Positions 1-9,528 of a stretch of DNA of 64,000 bases are shown in pieces; position 1 is the stretch's first letter; every line of letters begins with the position of its first letter. The position numbers were made by a program, and so were the translations under genes. The stretch spans positions 52,896-116,895 of the forward strand of contig CAZJKU010000002.1 in the NCBI GenBank assembly GCA_964546905.1, given 5' to 3'. Under the pieces are notes generated by a model. That model saw nothing but the letters and a program-made list of their open reading frames with translations, was not told where the DNA came from and ran no database searches. This stretch comes from an uncultured Staphylococcus sp. (GTDB lineage: Bacteria; Bacteroidota; Bacteroidia; Bacteroidales; Muribaculaceae).

Positions 1-1071
1 TCTATGCTCCTCATCGGCGACAGCCACGTGCAGGCAGGAATCAACGCCGGCGTGACCCGCGAATTACTCCAGTATGACTTCGGCAACGCCGGGCGCGGAC
101 TGATAGCACCCCTGCGGCTGAGCGGTACCAACGAGCCGGCCGACTACTATTTCCAGAGCCGCGGCCAGTGGAACGCCGTCAGGCTGATGAACTCCTCGTG
201 GGAGCAATCCGTAGGCTTCACCGGAACATCGATCCATCCGCTGACACCCGACGGACACCTCTATATAGCCACTTCGGAGAAGGAGGATTACAACCCCTTC
301 ACGTCGGTAACGATATTCCACCGCGGGCAGATGACCATTGACAAGGTGACTGATGCCGATGGAAAGCAGCTGATGTTCAGGGCCGTGCCGTCGCGCGACT
401 ACACGGTGATAATATTGACACAGCCAGTCACGGGTGTAAATGTAGAGTTTTCGTCGGCAGGCGACCTGACAGTCTACGGCGCTTCGCTCGAATCAGGCCG
501 TCAGGGCGTGAAATTCCATGCCATAGGCAACAACGGTGCCACCTACGACACCTATAACCGTATCGGAAACGTAGGCCAGGGTATCGCCCCGCTCGAACCG
601 CGCCTCGTGGTCATCTCCCTGGGTACCAACGAAGCCTTCGGGAAATTTGATGCCGCGGAGTTCACCCGCTCGGTCGACCGGCTCGTGAAAAACATCCGTC
701 AGGCCAATCCCGACGCGTTCATCGTGCTGACCACTCCTATGGAATGCCAGAAATCCATCACCACGAGCAAGCGGGTGCGCGTCAAGGGCAAGACCCGCAA
801 GGGTAAGCCGCGCTACCGCACCACGAGCGTGAAATCCTACAAGGTCAACACTGACATAGCTCGCGTCAGAAACGCCATCATGGACTATGGCAGCAAGAAC
901 AATGTGGCCGTATATGACTGGTACACAGTGGCCGGAGGTGCCGGAGCAAGTACGGCATGGATCAACGCCAATCTCTTTGCCAAGGACCGCGTGCACCACA
1001 CCGCCGGCGGCTACCGCCTCGAAGGAAGGCTGCTTTATGACGCAATTTTATCCACATTACGCGACAACTGA
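1..1071 (+). CDS. SGNH/GDSL hydrolase family O-acetyltransferase partner (AlgJ/AlgX/PatB-like), 5'-partial
   Basis: SGNH blocks GDSH, GNNGA, GTNE, DRVH; frame is open to the window edge; directly upstream of an MBOAT gene. Confidence 0.85.
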   Translation, partial: SMLLIGDSHVQAGINAGVTRELLQYDFGNAGRGLIAPLRLSGTNEPADYYFQSRGQWNAVRLMNSSWEQSVGFTGTSIHPLTPDGHLYIATSEKEDYNPFTSVTIFHRGQMTIDKVTDADGKQLMFRAVPSRDYTVIILTQPVTGVNVEFSSAGDLTVYGASLESGRQGVKFHAIGNNGATYDTYNRIGNVGQGIAPLEPRLVVISLGTNEAFGKFDAAEFTRSVDRLVKNIRQANPDAFIVLTTPMECQKSITTSKRVRVKGKTRKGKPRYRTTSVKSYKVNTDIARVRNAIMDYGSKNNVAVYDWYTVAGGAGASTAWINANLFAKDRVHHTAGGYRLEGRLLYDAILSTLRDN

Positions 1072-1079
1072 AGTAAAAG

Positions 1080-2567
1080 ATGATATCGAAATACATTGAT
1101 TTGGATCGATTGCAGAAAGTGTTGAGCTTCGACTCGATGTCGCCGCTGCTGTTCAACACCGGATTGTTTCTGATTCTCTTTGCGGTATTTATCGCCGTCT
1201 ACGCCCTCATGCGCCGTTTCCGCAATGTGAAGATGGTGATGGTGATACTTTTCTCGCTCTACTTCTATTATAAATCGTCGGCTGAGTACTGCTTCATCTT
1301 GCTCGGAGTGTGTGTAAGCGACTTCGTGCTCGGCCTCCTGATGGAAAAGGCCCGGACTACGGGATGGAAGAAACTGATAGTGTGGATCAACGTGCTGGTC
1401 AACATCGGTATGCTCGCCTATTTCAAGTACTTCAACCTGCTGTTGCAGACCATAGCCGACTTCACCACCCTTAAATTTGACGTGCTCGACATTATCCTCC
1501 CTGCCGGCATATCATTCTTCACCTTCCGCTCGATCAGCTATATTGTCGACATATACCGCGGCCACATCAAGGCGTGCCGCAACTTCCTCGACTATACGTT
1601 CTACCTGACATTTTTCCCGCCGCTGCTGGCCGGTCCCGTGGTGCGCGCCAAGGACATGCTCCCCCAGGTGGCGAGCGACCCTGTGGCCACGCGTGAGATG
1701 GTGTCGGACGGATTGTTTCTCATCATCGCCGGTCTGATCAAGAAGGTGATAGTGGCCGATTACATCAGCGGTAACTTCGTCGACCGTGTGTTTGACAATC
1801 CGGCCCTGTACAGCGGATTCGAGAACACGATGGCTATCTTCGGATTCGCCATTCAGCTCTACTGCGACTTCTCGGGTTACAGCGACATGGCAATAGGTAT
1901 AGCGCTGCTTCTCGGTTACAGGTTCATGGACAATTTCGACTCTCCGTTCAAGGCCCAGAGCCCGACTGAGTTCTGGCACCGGTGGCATATATCGCTGTCG
2001 ACCTGGCTGCGCGACTACGTCTACATCCCGCTCGGCGGCAACCGGTGCTCGCGCACCCGCAACAATTTCAACCAGATGGCCACGATGGTGGTGGGAGGCC
2101 TGTGGCACGGCGCGTCGTGGATGTATGTGATATGGGGCGCGCTCCACGGGGCCATGCTCGTGATACACAAGACGCTGCGCCGCTGGTTCCCGTCGACGCC
2201 CGGAGTGGAGACTCCCGCGTGGAGGCGGTTTCTGAATATCTTCGTGACATTTAACCTCGTGGTGTTCACGTTCATGTTCTTCAGGTCGCGGTCGATGGAG
2301 CATGTGGGGCAGATGACCGGACAGATCGTCAGCAATTTCCACCTTTCGGTCGCCCCTCAGTTCATCACCGGATATATTCTCATAGTGGTGGCGATGGTGG
2401 CCGGCTACGTGATGCACTTCTCGCCCAAGAGCTGGACTGTGGCCCTTAAGAATCAATGGCGGCGGCTGCATCCCGTGCTTCAGGCCGTGGTACTCGCGCT
2501 GATCCTGATGCTTATTATCCAGGTGCGCCAGAGCGACATCGTTCCGTTCATTTATCTGCAATACTGA
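1080..2567 (+). CDS. MBOAT family O-acyltransferase (AlgI/PatA/DltB-like)
   Basis: Polytopic membrane protein with FWHRWHISLSTWLRDYVYIPLGGNR and GLWHGA motifs. Confidence 0.93.
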   Translation: MISKYIDLDRLQKVLSFDSMSPLLFNTGLFLILFAVFIAVYALMRRFRNVKMVMVILFSLYFYYKSSAEYCFILLGVCVSDFVLGLLMEKARTTGWKKLIVWINVLVNIGMLAYFKYFNLLLQTIADFTTLKFDVLDIILPAGISFFTFRSISYIVDIYRGHIKACRNFLDYTFYLTFFPPLLAGPVVRAKDMLPQVASDPVATREMVSDGLFLIIAGLIKKVIVADYISGNFVDRVFDNPALYSGFENTMAIFGFAIQLYCDFSGYSDMAIGIALLLGYRFMDNFDSPFKAQSPTEFWHRWHISLSTWLRDYVYIPLGGNRCSRTRNNFNQMATMVVGGLWHGASWMYVIWGALHGAMLVIHKTLRRWFPSTPGVETPAWRRFLNIFVTFNLVVFTFMFFRSRSMEHVGQMTGQIVSNFHLSVAPQFITGYILIVVAMVAGYVMHFSPKSWTVALKNQWRRLHPVLQAVVLALILMLIIQVRQSDIVPFIYLQY

Positions 2568-5512
2568 TGGAACCGTTTCTGAAGCAGGTAGCCGAGGTAT
2601 ATGTGGAGCAGGAGGCTGAAAATCTGCTTGACTACTGCTTCGTGTTTCCCAACAAGCGCAGTTCCACCTTCTTCTCCCGCTACATGCGCGACGCCATAGG
2701 CCCGCGCAACGTGATCATGCCCGAGATCACCACGATCGCGGGCTTCACCTCGTCGTTCTCCCGGCTCGTCCCCGCCACCAGGGTTGAGCAGCTTTTCGTG
2801 CTGTATGACAATTACCGCCGGCTCTCGCAGGATATTCCCGATTTTGACCGTTTCCTGTTCTGGGGCGAGATGCTCATAAGCGATTTCAACGACGTTGACC
2901 GTTATCTTGTCGACCCGAAATTGCTGTTTGTCAACGTGAAGCGGCTCAAGGAAATCAACGCCAACTATCTCACCGAGGAGCAGGTGGAGATCATTACCCG
3001 ATACTGGGGTCAGGACATGGAACACTATGAGCCTGACCGCTTCTGGTCACATCTCGGCGACGATCCCACATCGTTGCAACACAAGTTTTTGAAACTGTGG
3101 GAGATACTCCTGCCGCTTTACGAGGGGTACTGCCGCAGTCTGGCCGAGCGGTCGCTCGCGTCGGAGGGCATGTTGCTGCGTGAGGCCGTCAGTGCTGTAA
3201 AGGATATTCCGGTCGGGGAGATGCCGTTTAAAAGATACATATTCGTGGGGTTCAACGTGCTCTCGACTGCCGAGGTCAAGATCTTCGAGCGGTTGAAGGC
3301 CCGCGGACTCGCCGATTTCTACTGGGATTTCAATTCGCCTGCCTTTGAGCTTCCCGGCAACAAGGGGTCGCGGTTCATGAAACGAAATATCGAGAATTTC
3401 CCGTCGAAATATCAGGTTGATGTCGAGCCTGTCACCAAGCTGCCCGAAATCACTATCACCTGCGTGCCTTCCAAGGTGGGCATGGTGAAAGAGACCGGCG
3501 AGATACTGCGGCGCTGGATAGCCGACGGCGTGATAAAGCCTGCCGACCCCGCCCCCGCCACTGCCATCGTGCTCCCCGAGGAAGACCTTTTTATCCCCCT
3601 CATCCACTCCGTCCCCGCCGAGATCACCGATCTCAACGTTACGATGGGTTTCCCGCTGAAGTTCACGCCCATGGCTTCGCTGCTCAATGCCATCACGGTG
3701 ATGCAGATGCGCGCTGCCGACGTGCGCGGCGAGAGGGCCTACTTCCACGAGGACGTGAAAGCTATCCTGTCACACCCGTTGCTCCAGAGTATCGACGTGG
3801 AGGCGTGCAACACCCTTTTGGCCACGCTCAGGAAGGAGCGGATGTATACCGTCCCGGCCTCGTTCATGACCTCCAATCTGCCCGAGGGACCGGGTGCCAT
3901 ATTCATTCCCGTGACTGATATATCCAATCCCGCCGATGTCTATGACTATACGCGCCGCGTGGTCGACTATCTGCTCGACAGCACGGTGACCGAGGGTAAG
4001 GCGGCACGGATCGAGCGCTACTTCCTCGAAAGTTTCTCTCAGTCGCTCGACGACCTGTATGCCGCCATGCAGGAATGGAACATAACGATGCGCGAGTCCA
4101 CTTTCTTTCATATCCTGCGCCGCGCGCTCGCGTCGGCGGCTGTCAATTTCACCGGCGAGCCGCTCAAGGGACTGCAGATAATGGGTGTGCTCGAAACACG
4201 CGCCCTCGACTTTGACAACATCGTGATTCTCTCGATGAACGAGCGCGTGTTTCCGCGCAAGCATTTTACACGGTCGTTTATTCCCGATGCCCTGCGCCGC
4301 GCCTACCACATGTCGACCGTCGAGTTTCAGGAATCCATCTATGCCTATTATTTCTACCGGCTCATATCCCGCGCCCGCCGCGTGCAGCTGCTTTATGACG
4401 GCCGCACCGAGGGCACGCGCTCGGGAGAAATGTCGCGATACCTCTCCCAGCTTCTTTATCTCTTTCCCGAGGCCGGAATCACCCACCGCCGCAAGGTGTT
4501 TCCCGCTCCGCGCGTGGGCGACGAGGTGATCGTGATAGAGAAGACGCCCGCCATCATGGAGCGGCTCGAAGCGTTCCGCCTCCCCGAGGGCGAGGACCGC
4601 AGATTTCTCTCGGCATCGTCGATCAACACCTATATCAACTGTCCGCTCAGTTTTTACCTGAAACATGTGGAGGGACTCGATCTTGACGATGAGGTGACCG
4701 ACTATATGGATTCAAGCACGATGGGAACCATACTGCACGAGGTGATGGAGAAACTCTACAAGAATCTCCGGGGCAAGGCCGATTCTGTCAGGATCACTCC
4801 TGAGGTGATCGACCACATCAGCCGTCATGTCCACATCGAGCCGCTCGTCACCCGCTCCATCAATCACCGCTACCTGCGTAAAGGCGAGGACTGCGACGAT
4901 CCGCTCGTGGGCGAGTCGCTTCTCATAGGCCGTGTCATGACCACCTACGTGCAGATGCTACTGCAGTCGGAAAAAGCATTGACCCCATTTGAATTCATCG
5001 ATGCCGAAATGGAAGTGATCGGTCGCCTGGAGGTGGCCCCCGGTATCGAGGTCAACATCAGGCAGGTGATCGACCGCGTCGACCGCCTGAATCCCGATGC
5101 TCCTGACGGCGGCCGGCTCAGGGTAGTCGACTACAAGACCGGTAATGACAAGGTGACATTTACCTCAATGAACGATCTCTTTGACAATACCAAGTATGAC
5201 CGCCGCAAGGCAATCCTCCAGCTGCTGTTCTATTGCAACATGCTGGCGAGGAAGATGAACACCGATGGTCCCGTCAGTCCGGTCATCTATCTTTTCAAGA
5301 CGATAGCCACGCAGGGAATAGTCCCCATTTCCTATAACCGCAAGCCGCTTGAAGACTACCGCACGGTCAACGATGAGTTCCTCGCGAGGTTCAGAGAGAC
5401 CGTGGCGCAGATCTTTGACCCCGACGTGCCGTTCACGCAGGCCCCCGACGATCATGCCTGCACGTTCTGTAATTTCAAGAGCGTCTGCGGGCGCGACCGT
5501 CAAGGCGAATGA
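2567..5512 (+). CDS. PD-(D/E)XK nuclease family protein (AddB-like, inactive helicase plus Fe-S nuclease domain)
   Basis: Likely ATG at 2567 overlaps the MBOAT stop; QIMGVLETR, SASSINTYINCP, IDRVDR..VVDYKTG and C-terminal CTFCNFKSVC. Confidence 0.88.
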   Translation: MEPFLKQVAEVYVEQEAENLLDYCFVFPNKRSSTFFSRYMRDAIGPRNVIMPEITTIAGFTSSFSRLVPATRVEQLFVLYDNYRRLSQDIPDFDRFLFWGEMLISDFNDVDRYLVDPKLLFVNVKRLKEINANYLTEEQVEIITRYWGQDMEHYEPDRFWSHLGDDPTSLQHKFLKLWEILLPLYEGYCRSLAERSLASEGMLLREAVSAVKDIPVGEMPFKRYIFVGFNVLSTAEVKIFERLKARGLADFYWDFNSPAFELPGNKGSRFMKRNIENFPSKYQVDVEPVTKLPEITITCVPSKVGMVKETGEILRRWIADGVIKPADPAPATAIVLPEEDLFIPLIHSVPAEITDLNVTMGFPLKFTPMASLLNAITVMQMRAADVRGERAYFHEDVKAILSHPLLQSIDVEACNTLLATLRKERMYTVPASFMTSNLPEGPGAIFIPVTDISNPADVYDYTRRVVDYLLDSTVTEGKAARIERYFLESFSQSLDDLYAAMQEWNITMRESTFFHILRRALASAAVNFTGEPLKGLQIMGVLETRALDFDNIVILSMNERVFPRKHFTRSFIPDALRRAYHMSTVEFQESIYAYYFYRLISRARRVQLLYDGRTEGTRSGEMSRYLSQLLYLFPEAGITHRRKVFPAPRVGDEVIVIEKTPAIMERLEAFRLPEGEDRRFLSASSINTYINCPLSFYLKHVEGLDLDDEVTDYMDSSTMGTILHEVMEKLYKNLRGKADSVRITPEVIDHISRHVHIEPLVTRSINHRYLRKGEDCDDPLVGESLLIGRVMTTYVQMLLQSEKALTPFEFIDAEMEVIGRLEVAPGIEVNIRQVIDRVDRLNPDAPDGGRLRVVDYKTGNDKVTFTSMNDLFDNTKYDRRKAILQLLFYCNMLARKMNTDGPVSPVIYLFKTIATQGIVPISYNRKPLEDYRTVNDEFLARFRETVAQIFDPDVPFTQAPDDHACTFCNFKSVCGRDRQGE

Positions 5513-6627
5513 CTCCCGTGACCGGACTTTATATCCACGTCCCTTTCTGCCGCGGAAAGTGCTTCTACTGCGACTTTTATTCCGTGCCGCAGCGGGGCCG
5601 GGGAGAGGCTTTTGTAGATGCTGCTGTAAATGAACTCCACGAGCGGCTTTCGGAGACGGCATTGCCGGTGGCAACGGTCTACATTGGAGGCGGCACACCG
5701 TCGTCGCTTCCCGATGATCAGCTGCGACGCCTCGTTGACGCTATTCCTCTTGATTCCGTCGATGAATTCACTATTGAGGTCAATCCCGAGGATGTCTGCG
5801 CTGAGCGCATAGCCGCGTGGAAGAGTATGGGAATCAACCGCGTCAGCATGGGTGTTCAGTCGCTCCACGATGAAATATTGAGCCGCGTAGGCCGTCGTCA
5901 CACTGCCGCCCGTGCTCTCGCTGCGTTTGACTTGCTGCGCGACAACGGAGTTGAAAATGTATCGCTCGACCTTATCTACGGTCTGCCCGGCGACACCGTG
6001 GCAGGTTGGCGTGACACCCTTCACCGTATTCTTGAGCTGCGCCCGGCTCATCTTTCGGCCTACTCGCTTTCCTATGAGCAGGGCACGCGCCTTGATGCCA
6101 TGCGCAGTATGGGAAAGATAGTGGAAACCTCGGCCGATGAATGTGCCGAAATGTACAGTATTCTCATATCCGATGCCGCAGCCGCAGGTTATGACCACTA
6201 TGAGATCTCCAATTTTGCCCTGCCCGGACGCCGCGCCCTTCATAATTCCCGCTACTGGGATCTCACTCCTTATATCGGCGTGGGACCGGGAGCTCACGGA
6301 TGGACCGGTACCGTGAGATACTTCAACCGTCCTGACCTGAAGGAGTACTTGGCAGGCCACGGCGTCGGCTCACGCGTAATCGAGGAGGAGACGGAAGCAG
6401 AACTATTCAACGACGTTGTATTCACGGCGCTGCGCACGTCCTACGGACTTGATCTTGACCTCGTCCGCAGCACATTTGGCCACAGCCGGGCCGACCGGCT
6501 GCTTGAAATATCGCATCGTCGCCACATCCCCCGCGGCAATGTTATTCTAACCGGCAACCGCCTCGTGATCCCCGAGTCGCGATGGATACTCAGCAACGAC
6601 ATCATCAGCGACTACATGGAAGTGTGA
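5509..6627 (+). CDS. hemW: Radical SAM heme chaperone HemW (HemN-like)
   Basis: LYIHVPFCRGKCFYCDF (CxxxCxxC), GGGTPS, YEISNF, HNSRYW. Confidence 0.9.
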   Translation: MTPVTGLYIHVPFCRGKCFYCDFYSVPQRGRGEAFVDAAVNELHERLSETALPVATVYIGGGTPSSLPDDQLRRLVDAIPLDSVDEFTIEVNPEDVCAERIAAWKSMGINRVSMGVQSLHDEILSRVGRRHTAARALAAFDLLRDNGVENVSLDLIYGLPGDTVAGWRDTLHRILELRPAHLSAYSLSYEQGTRLDAMRSMGKIVETSADECAEMYSILISDAAAAGYDHYEISNFALPGRRALHNSRYWDLTPYIGVGPGAHGWTGTVRYFNRPDLKEYLAGHGVGSRVIEEETEAELFNDVVFTALRTSYGLDLDLVRSTFGHSRADRLLEISHRRHIPRGNVILTGNRLVIPESRWILSNDIISDYMEV

Positions 6628-6755
6628 CTACCGCTGTATCGAAAATCATGCGAGCTTGCAATCAACGTATCCACATTCGCCGAAGCGATGGGAGTATACC
6701 TACGTTAAAATTACTTAAACAGCTTGGAAATTCTTCTTATTTTTTGAAAAAGTTG

Positions 6756-6763
6756 TAAATTTG
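6756..6763 (+). promoter_or_regulatory. Bacteroidetes primary-sigma -7 box TAAATTTG
   Basis: Matches TAnnTTTG in an AT-rich intergenic region upstream of the 6881 CDS. Confidence 0.55.
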
Positions 6764-6880
6764 CGCAATAATTTGTTTCAAAACTATCTGATAAAATTTA
6801 CCTGTTTATACCGGAATATATTAATAGCTTTATCTAAACCCAAAAAACAATACCTTAACTATTTAACTAATTTTTCTAAC

Positions 6881-8440
6881 ATGAAAAAAATCTTTACTCT
6901 TTTTGCACTCTTATGTGCATTCATGGTAAATGCCGCTGATGTCTACGAGTGGTATGTAGAAAACCAAACCGAAGTTTTCATTCCCGGAGAAGGCGTTTGG
7001 ACTAAGTCAACTAAGTGGAATCCCAACACCAAGTATACCGGTATTTATGTAACTGCCGAAGGCAAAACTATCGACTGTAAAAAGGGTCTCAAAATGGAAG
7101 GTGCAACTGACCTTACTTTTGTCACTGACCGTCCTTCTACAGTTGTTGTTGTTCAGACTACTTCTTCTAATGCCGCTAACACAATCAACTTCGATGGAGC
7201 TGCTTTGGAAAACGGTGTTGATAATCCCGAAGGATGCACTACCGTAAGAGTATTTACTGTTGAAGACGTAGCCGCTGGTGAACACCACGTAACTCGTGGC
7301 AACGGTGAAGCCGGTATCATGTATGTCGGCGTTACCCTCCACGATCTTCAGGGCGTACAGCTTCCCGCTCCCGAGATCACTTATGTAGAAACTACCGGCG
7401 AAGTAACCATCGCTCCCGTTGCCAACGCAACTAAAATTACTTATACAACTGACGGTTCTTTCCCCACCGACGAATCTACCGAATACACCGCTCCTTTCGT
7501 AGTAGCTGACGGTACTGTGGTGAAGGCTATTGCTATCGGCGACGGTGAAGCTTACGCTACCTCACCCGTTTCAGAGCTCGAAGTTCTTCTCAAAGGCCTC
7601 ACCTGCGAAGCTCCTGTATTCGTTCAGTACAACGGTACATTCGCCCTCTCTACCGAGACTACTCTCGCTTCTTGCGAATATTCTCTCGACGGTGAAAACT
7701 GGATTGCCTACACCATCCCCGTTACCTTCTTCGAGAATACTACAGTCAAAGCACGCGCAGTCCGCGAAAACTGGACTCCCTCAGAAGTAGTTGAAGCCGA
7801 AATCGAAGCCCTTCCCGCTGTCGACGGAACAAAGACCGTTTACCTTGGTGCAGGTGCATTTGAAATTATCGCCGCAACTGAAGAAAAAGGTGGAGTCCTC
7901 AAAGGTCTCGAAGGCGGTGAAGCAGACGGTTACTCTATCGAAATCAACGTAGCAAAGAAGGGTTGGGGCAAAGGTGACAAGATCACTATCAGCGACGAGA
8001 TCGAACGTACTTCTTACTATGGATCGAATGGCGCACAAAACACCGTTACCCTTCCCGAAAACGTAAAGGTTTACCGTGTTACTTTCTACAGCTATATGCC
8101 CTCTCTTGGTCGTGCATCAGGCTGGAATAATGTTAACGGCGAGGCTGTAAATACCCAGAACATCGTTCCCCTCCTGTCGCAGGATGCCACCAAACCCGAT
8201 GTTCGCGCTTTCAACCTCGACGGTGTAGAAGGTAGCTTCACTTTCTCTCAGACCGGTGAACGTCCTAACTTCGTTATGGCTCTCGAAATACTCGACGAAA
8301 CCGTAGGTATCGAAAACGTAGCTGTTGACAATAACGCTGCAGTTGAATACTACAACCTCCAGGGTGTACGCGTCAACAACCCCGCCGGCGGCCTCTATAT
8401 CCGCCGTCAGGGCAACGACGTGAAGAAAGTTATCCTCTGA
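6881..8440 (+). CDS. Secreted non-catalytic protein: CBM77-like N-module, chitobiase/beta-hexosaminidase C-terminal (FN3-like) repeats, T9SS-type tail
   Basis: Signal peptide MKKIFTLFALLCAFMVNA; GLKMEGATDLTF module; ITYTTDGSFPT repeat; tail EYYNLQGVRVNNPAGGLYIRRQG; high-expression-like codon bias. Confidence 0.75.
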   Translation: MKKIFTLFALLCAFMVNAADVYEWYVENQTEVFIPGEGVWTKSTKWNPNTKYTGIYVTAEGKTIDCKKGLKMEGATDLTFVTDRPSTVVVVQTTSSNAANTINFDGAALENGVDNPEGCTTVRVFTVEDVAAGEHHVTRGNGEAGIMYVGVTLHDLQGVQLPAPEITYVETTGEVTIAPVANATKITYTTDGSFPTDESTEYTAPFVVADGTVVKAIAIGDGEAYATSPVSELEVLLKGLTCEAPVFVQYNGTFALSTETTLASCEYSLDGENWIAYTIPVTFFENTTVKARAVRENWTPSEVVEAEIEALPAVDGTKTVYLGAGAFEIIAATEEKGGVLKGLEGGEADGYSIEINVAKKGWGKGDKITISDEIERTSYYGSNGAQNTVTLPENVKVYRVTFYSYMPSLGRASGWNNVNGEAVNTQNIVPLLSQDATKPDVRAFNLDGVEGSFTFSQTGERPNFVMALEILDETVGIENVAVDNNAAVEYYNLQGVRVNNPAGGLYIRRQGNDVKKVIL

Positions 8441-8464
8441 TTTCCCGGCTAACTCTTTCATAAC

Positions 8465-8498
8465 ATCGCCCGCTGCCCCGCAGCGGGCGATTCTTTTG
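8465..8498 (+). terminator. Intrinsic terminator
   Basis: 12-bp stem ATCGCCCGCTGC/GCAGCGGGCGAT followed by TCTTTT. Confidence 0.8.
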
Positions 8499-8523
8499 TA
8501 ACCATCCTACACATCGGCATTGC

Positions 8524-8724
8524 GGGCGTGCGAGGCACGCCGAAGCATCGTAACACCATTCGCCGCAACTTGCGGAGGGATTGGTGCACAGCAACAGCCC
8601 CCCCATTCCCCCGGGCGTGCGATGCACGCCGAACCATCGTAACCCCAATCGCCGCAGCCTGCCGTGGCTATTGGGGCACACCGACAGTACCCTCACAACC
8701 CATGGGCGTGCAGCGCACGCCGAA
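8524..8724. repeat. Tandem ~90-bp hairpin-headed repeats (2 full copies plus 1 partial), REP-like
   Basis: GGGCGTGC-NNN-GCACGCCGAA at 8524, 8613 and 8704; the first 46 nt of copies 1 and 2 match at 41/46. Confidence 0.85.
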
Positions 8725-8792
8725 ACAGAGGACATGCGGAGAGCTTAGCCCTCATGTCATCGTTTAGGTTGATGTTGCCAAATCATATACCC

Positions 8793-8969
8793 GGAAGCCC
8801 GGGACGGGCTTAATCTTTATACCCCCGGGTACTTGCCACCCGGGGCCACGGAGCGGTGCGACTTATGCGCCTTAGAAGTTCAACCGCTCAGCGGTTGGGG
8901 GTTCATGACGACTTTACCGTGGGTGGCAAGCACCCACGGTTATAAAGATCAAGCCCGTCCCGGGCTTCC
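8793..8969. mobile_element. Non-autonomous palindromic element (REPIN/MITE-like)
   Basis: 53-bp inverted arms (8793-8845 and 8917-8969, 46/53 identical), each with two internal hairpins; central hairpin CAACCGCT-C-AGCGGTTG at 8881-8897; no transposase in the window. Confidence 0.65.
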
Positions 8970-9236
8970 CTCACCGCGCCCGTCGGTCCGTCGCCGCCGA
9001 GCGGTTTGCCTGTAAGTTAGCTACCTGCCGCCCATTGGTTTGTCTGCCGAAAGCGCGCTTGCGCGCCAAGTCATCGCCCCGCTTCCGCCGGGCTTCAGCC
9101 CGTTCCCCTGCAAGAGCGCCTATGCGCCGATCGCCCGTCTCGCCGCCTGCGCGCCGCGCCCCTTGCCCGTCCCCTGGAGGTGCGTTTGCGCACTCCTCGC
9201 CACGCTTGCTGAGGCGAGGGGTGGAGCGGGATGTGG

Positions 9237-9253
9237 AAGCCCGTCCCGGGCTT
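9237..9253. repeat. Solo third copy of the hairpin AAGCCCGTCCCGGGCTT
   Basis: Identical to 8951-8967 and reverse complement of 8795-8811. Confidence 0.85.
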
Positions 9254-9365
9254 TCAGTGGCGATTTAGACCGCCACATAGGCGTACTCCGCTCGCCCATA
9301 CTACCAAACTCCCTCTATCGGGTCAGGGAAACGTGCCTTAGGCGCGGCCATACATCATGGGCATA

Positions 9366-9411
9366 AAAAGTTTGCGATGAAAGTCGAGCACGAGGCTTGA
9401 CTTTCATCGCA
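9366..9411 (-). terminator. Second terminator-like hairpin downstream of tRNA-Ser
   Basis: 13-bp stem TGCGATGAAAGTC/GACTTTCATCGCA followed by AACTTTTT on the minus strand. Confidence 0.6.
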
Positions 9412-9497
9412 GGGCCAAGAGGACGAGATTCTTTGCGGAGCAAAGCGCTTCGCGATGACGAGCTCTTCTCGTTCGAACCTCGACGTCATTAAACACC

Positions 9498-9523
9498 AAA
9501 AACCAAGCAAATGCTTGGTTTTT
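9498..9523 (-). terminator. Terminator immediately downstream of tRNA-Ser
   Basis: AAAAACCAAGCA-AA-TGCTTGGTTTTT (plus strand), bidirectional A/T tails. Confidence 0.75.
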
Positions 9524-9528
9524 GACAT

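Noticed and set aside
1512-2561. 349-aa minus-strand ORF opposite MBOAT (likewise 3770-4666, 15921-16952, 24248-25009, 28766-29593, 35724-36782, 41989-43302)
   Set aside because: Antisense shadows of high-GC3 genes with clear motifs; no recognisable domains
2456-2566. N-terminal extensions in the ORF track (also 6761, 9736, 17401, 17919, 18508, 25528, 43583, 49549)
   Set aside because: They overlap upstream genes or promoters; downstream ATGs match family N-termini or signal peptides
8524-8724. CRISPR array
   Set aside because: Only three hairpins, the inter-hairpin segments are homologous to each other rather than unique spacers, the period is ~90 bp, and there are no cas genes
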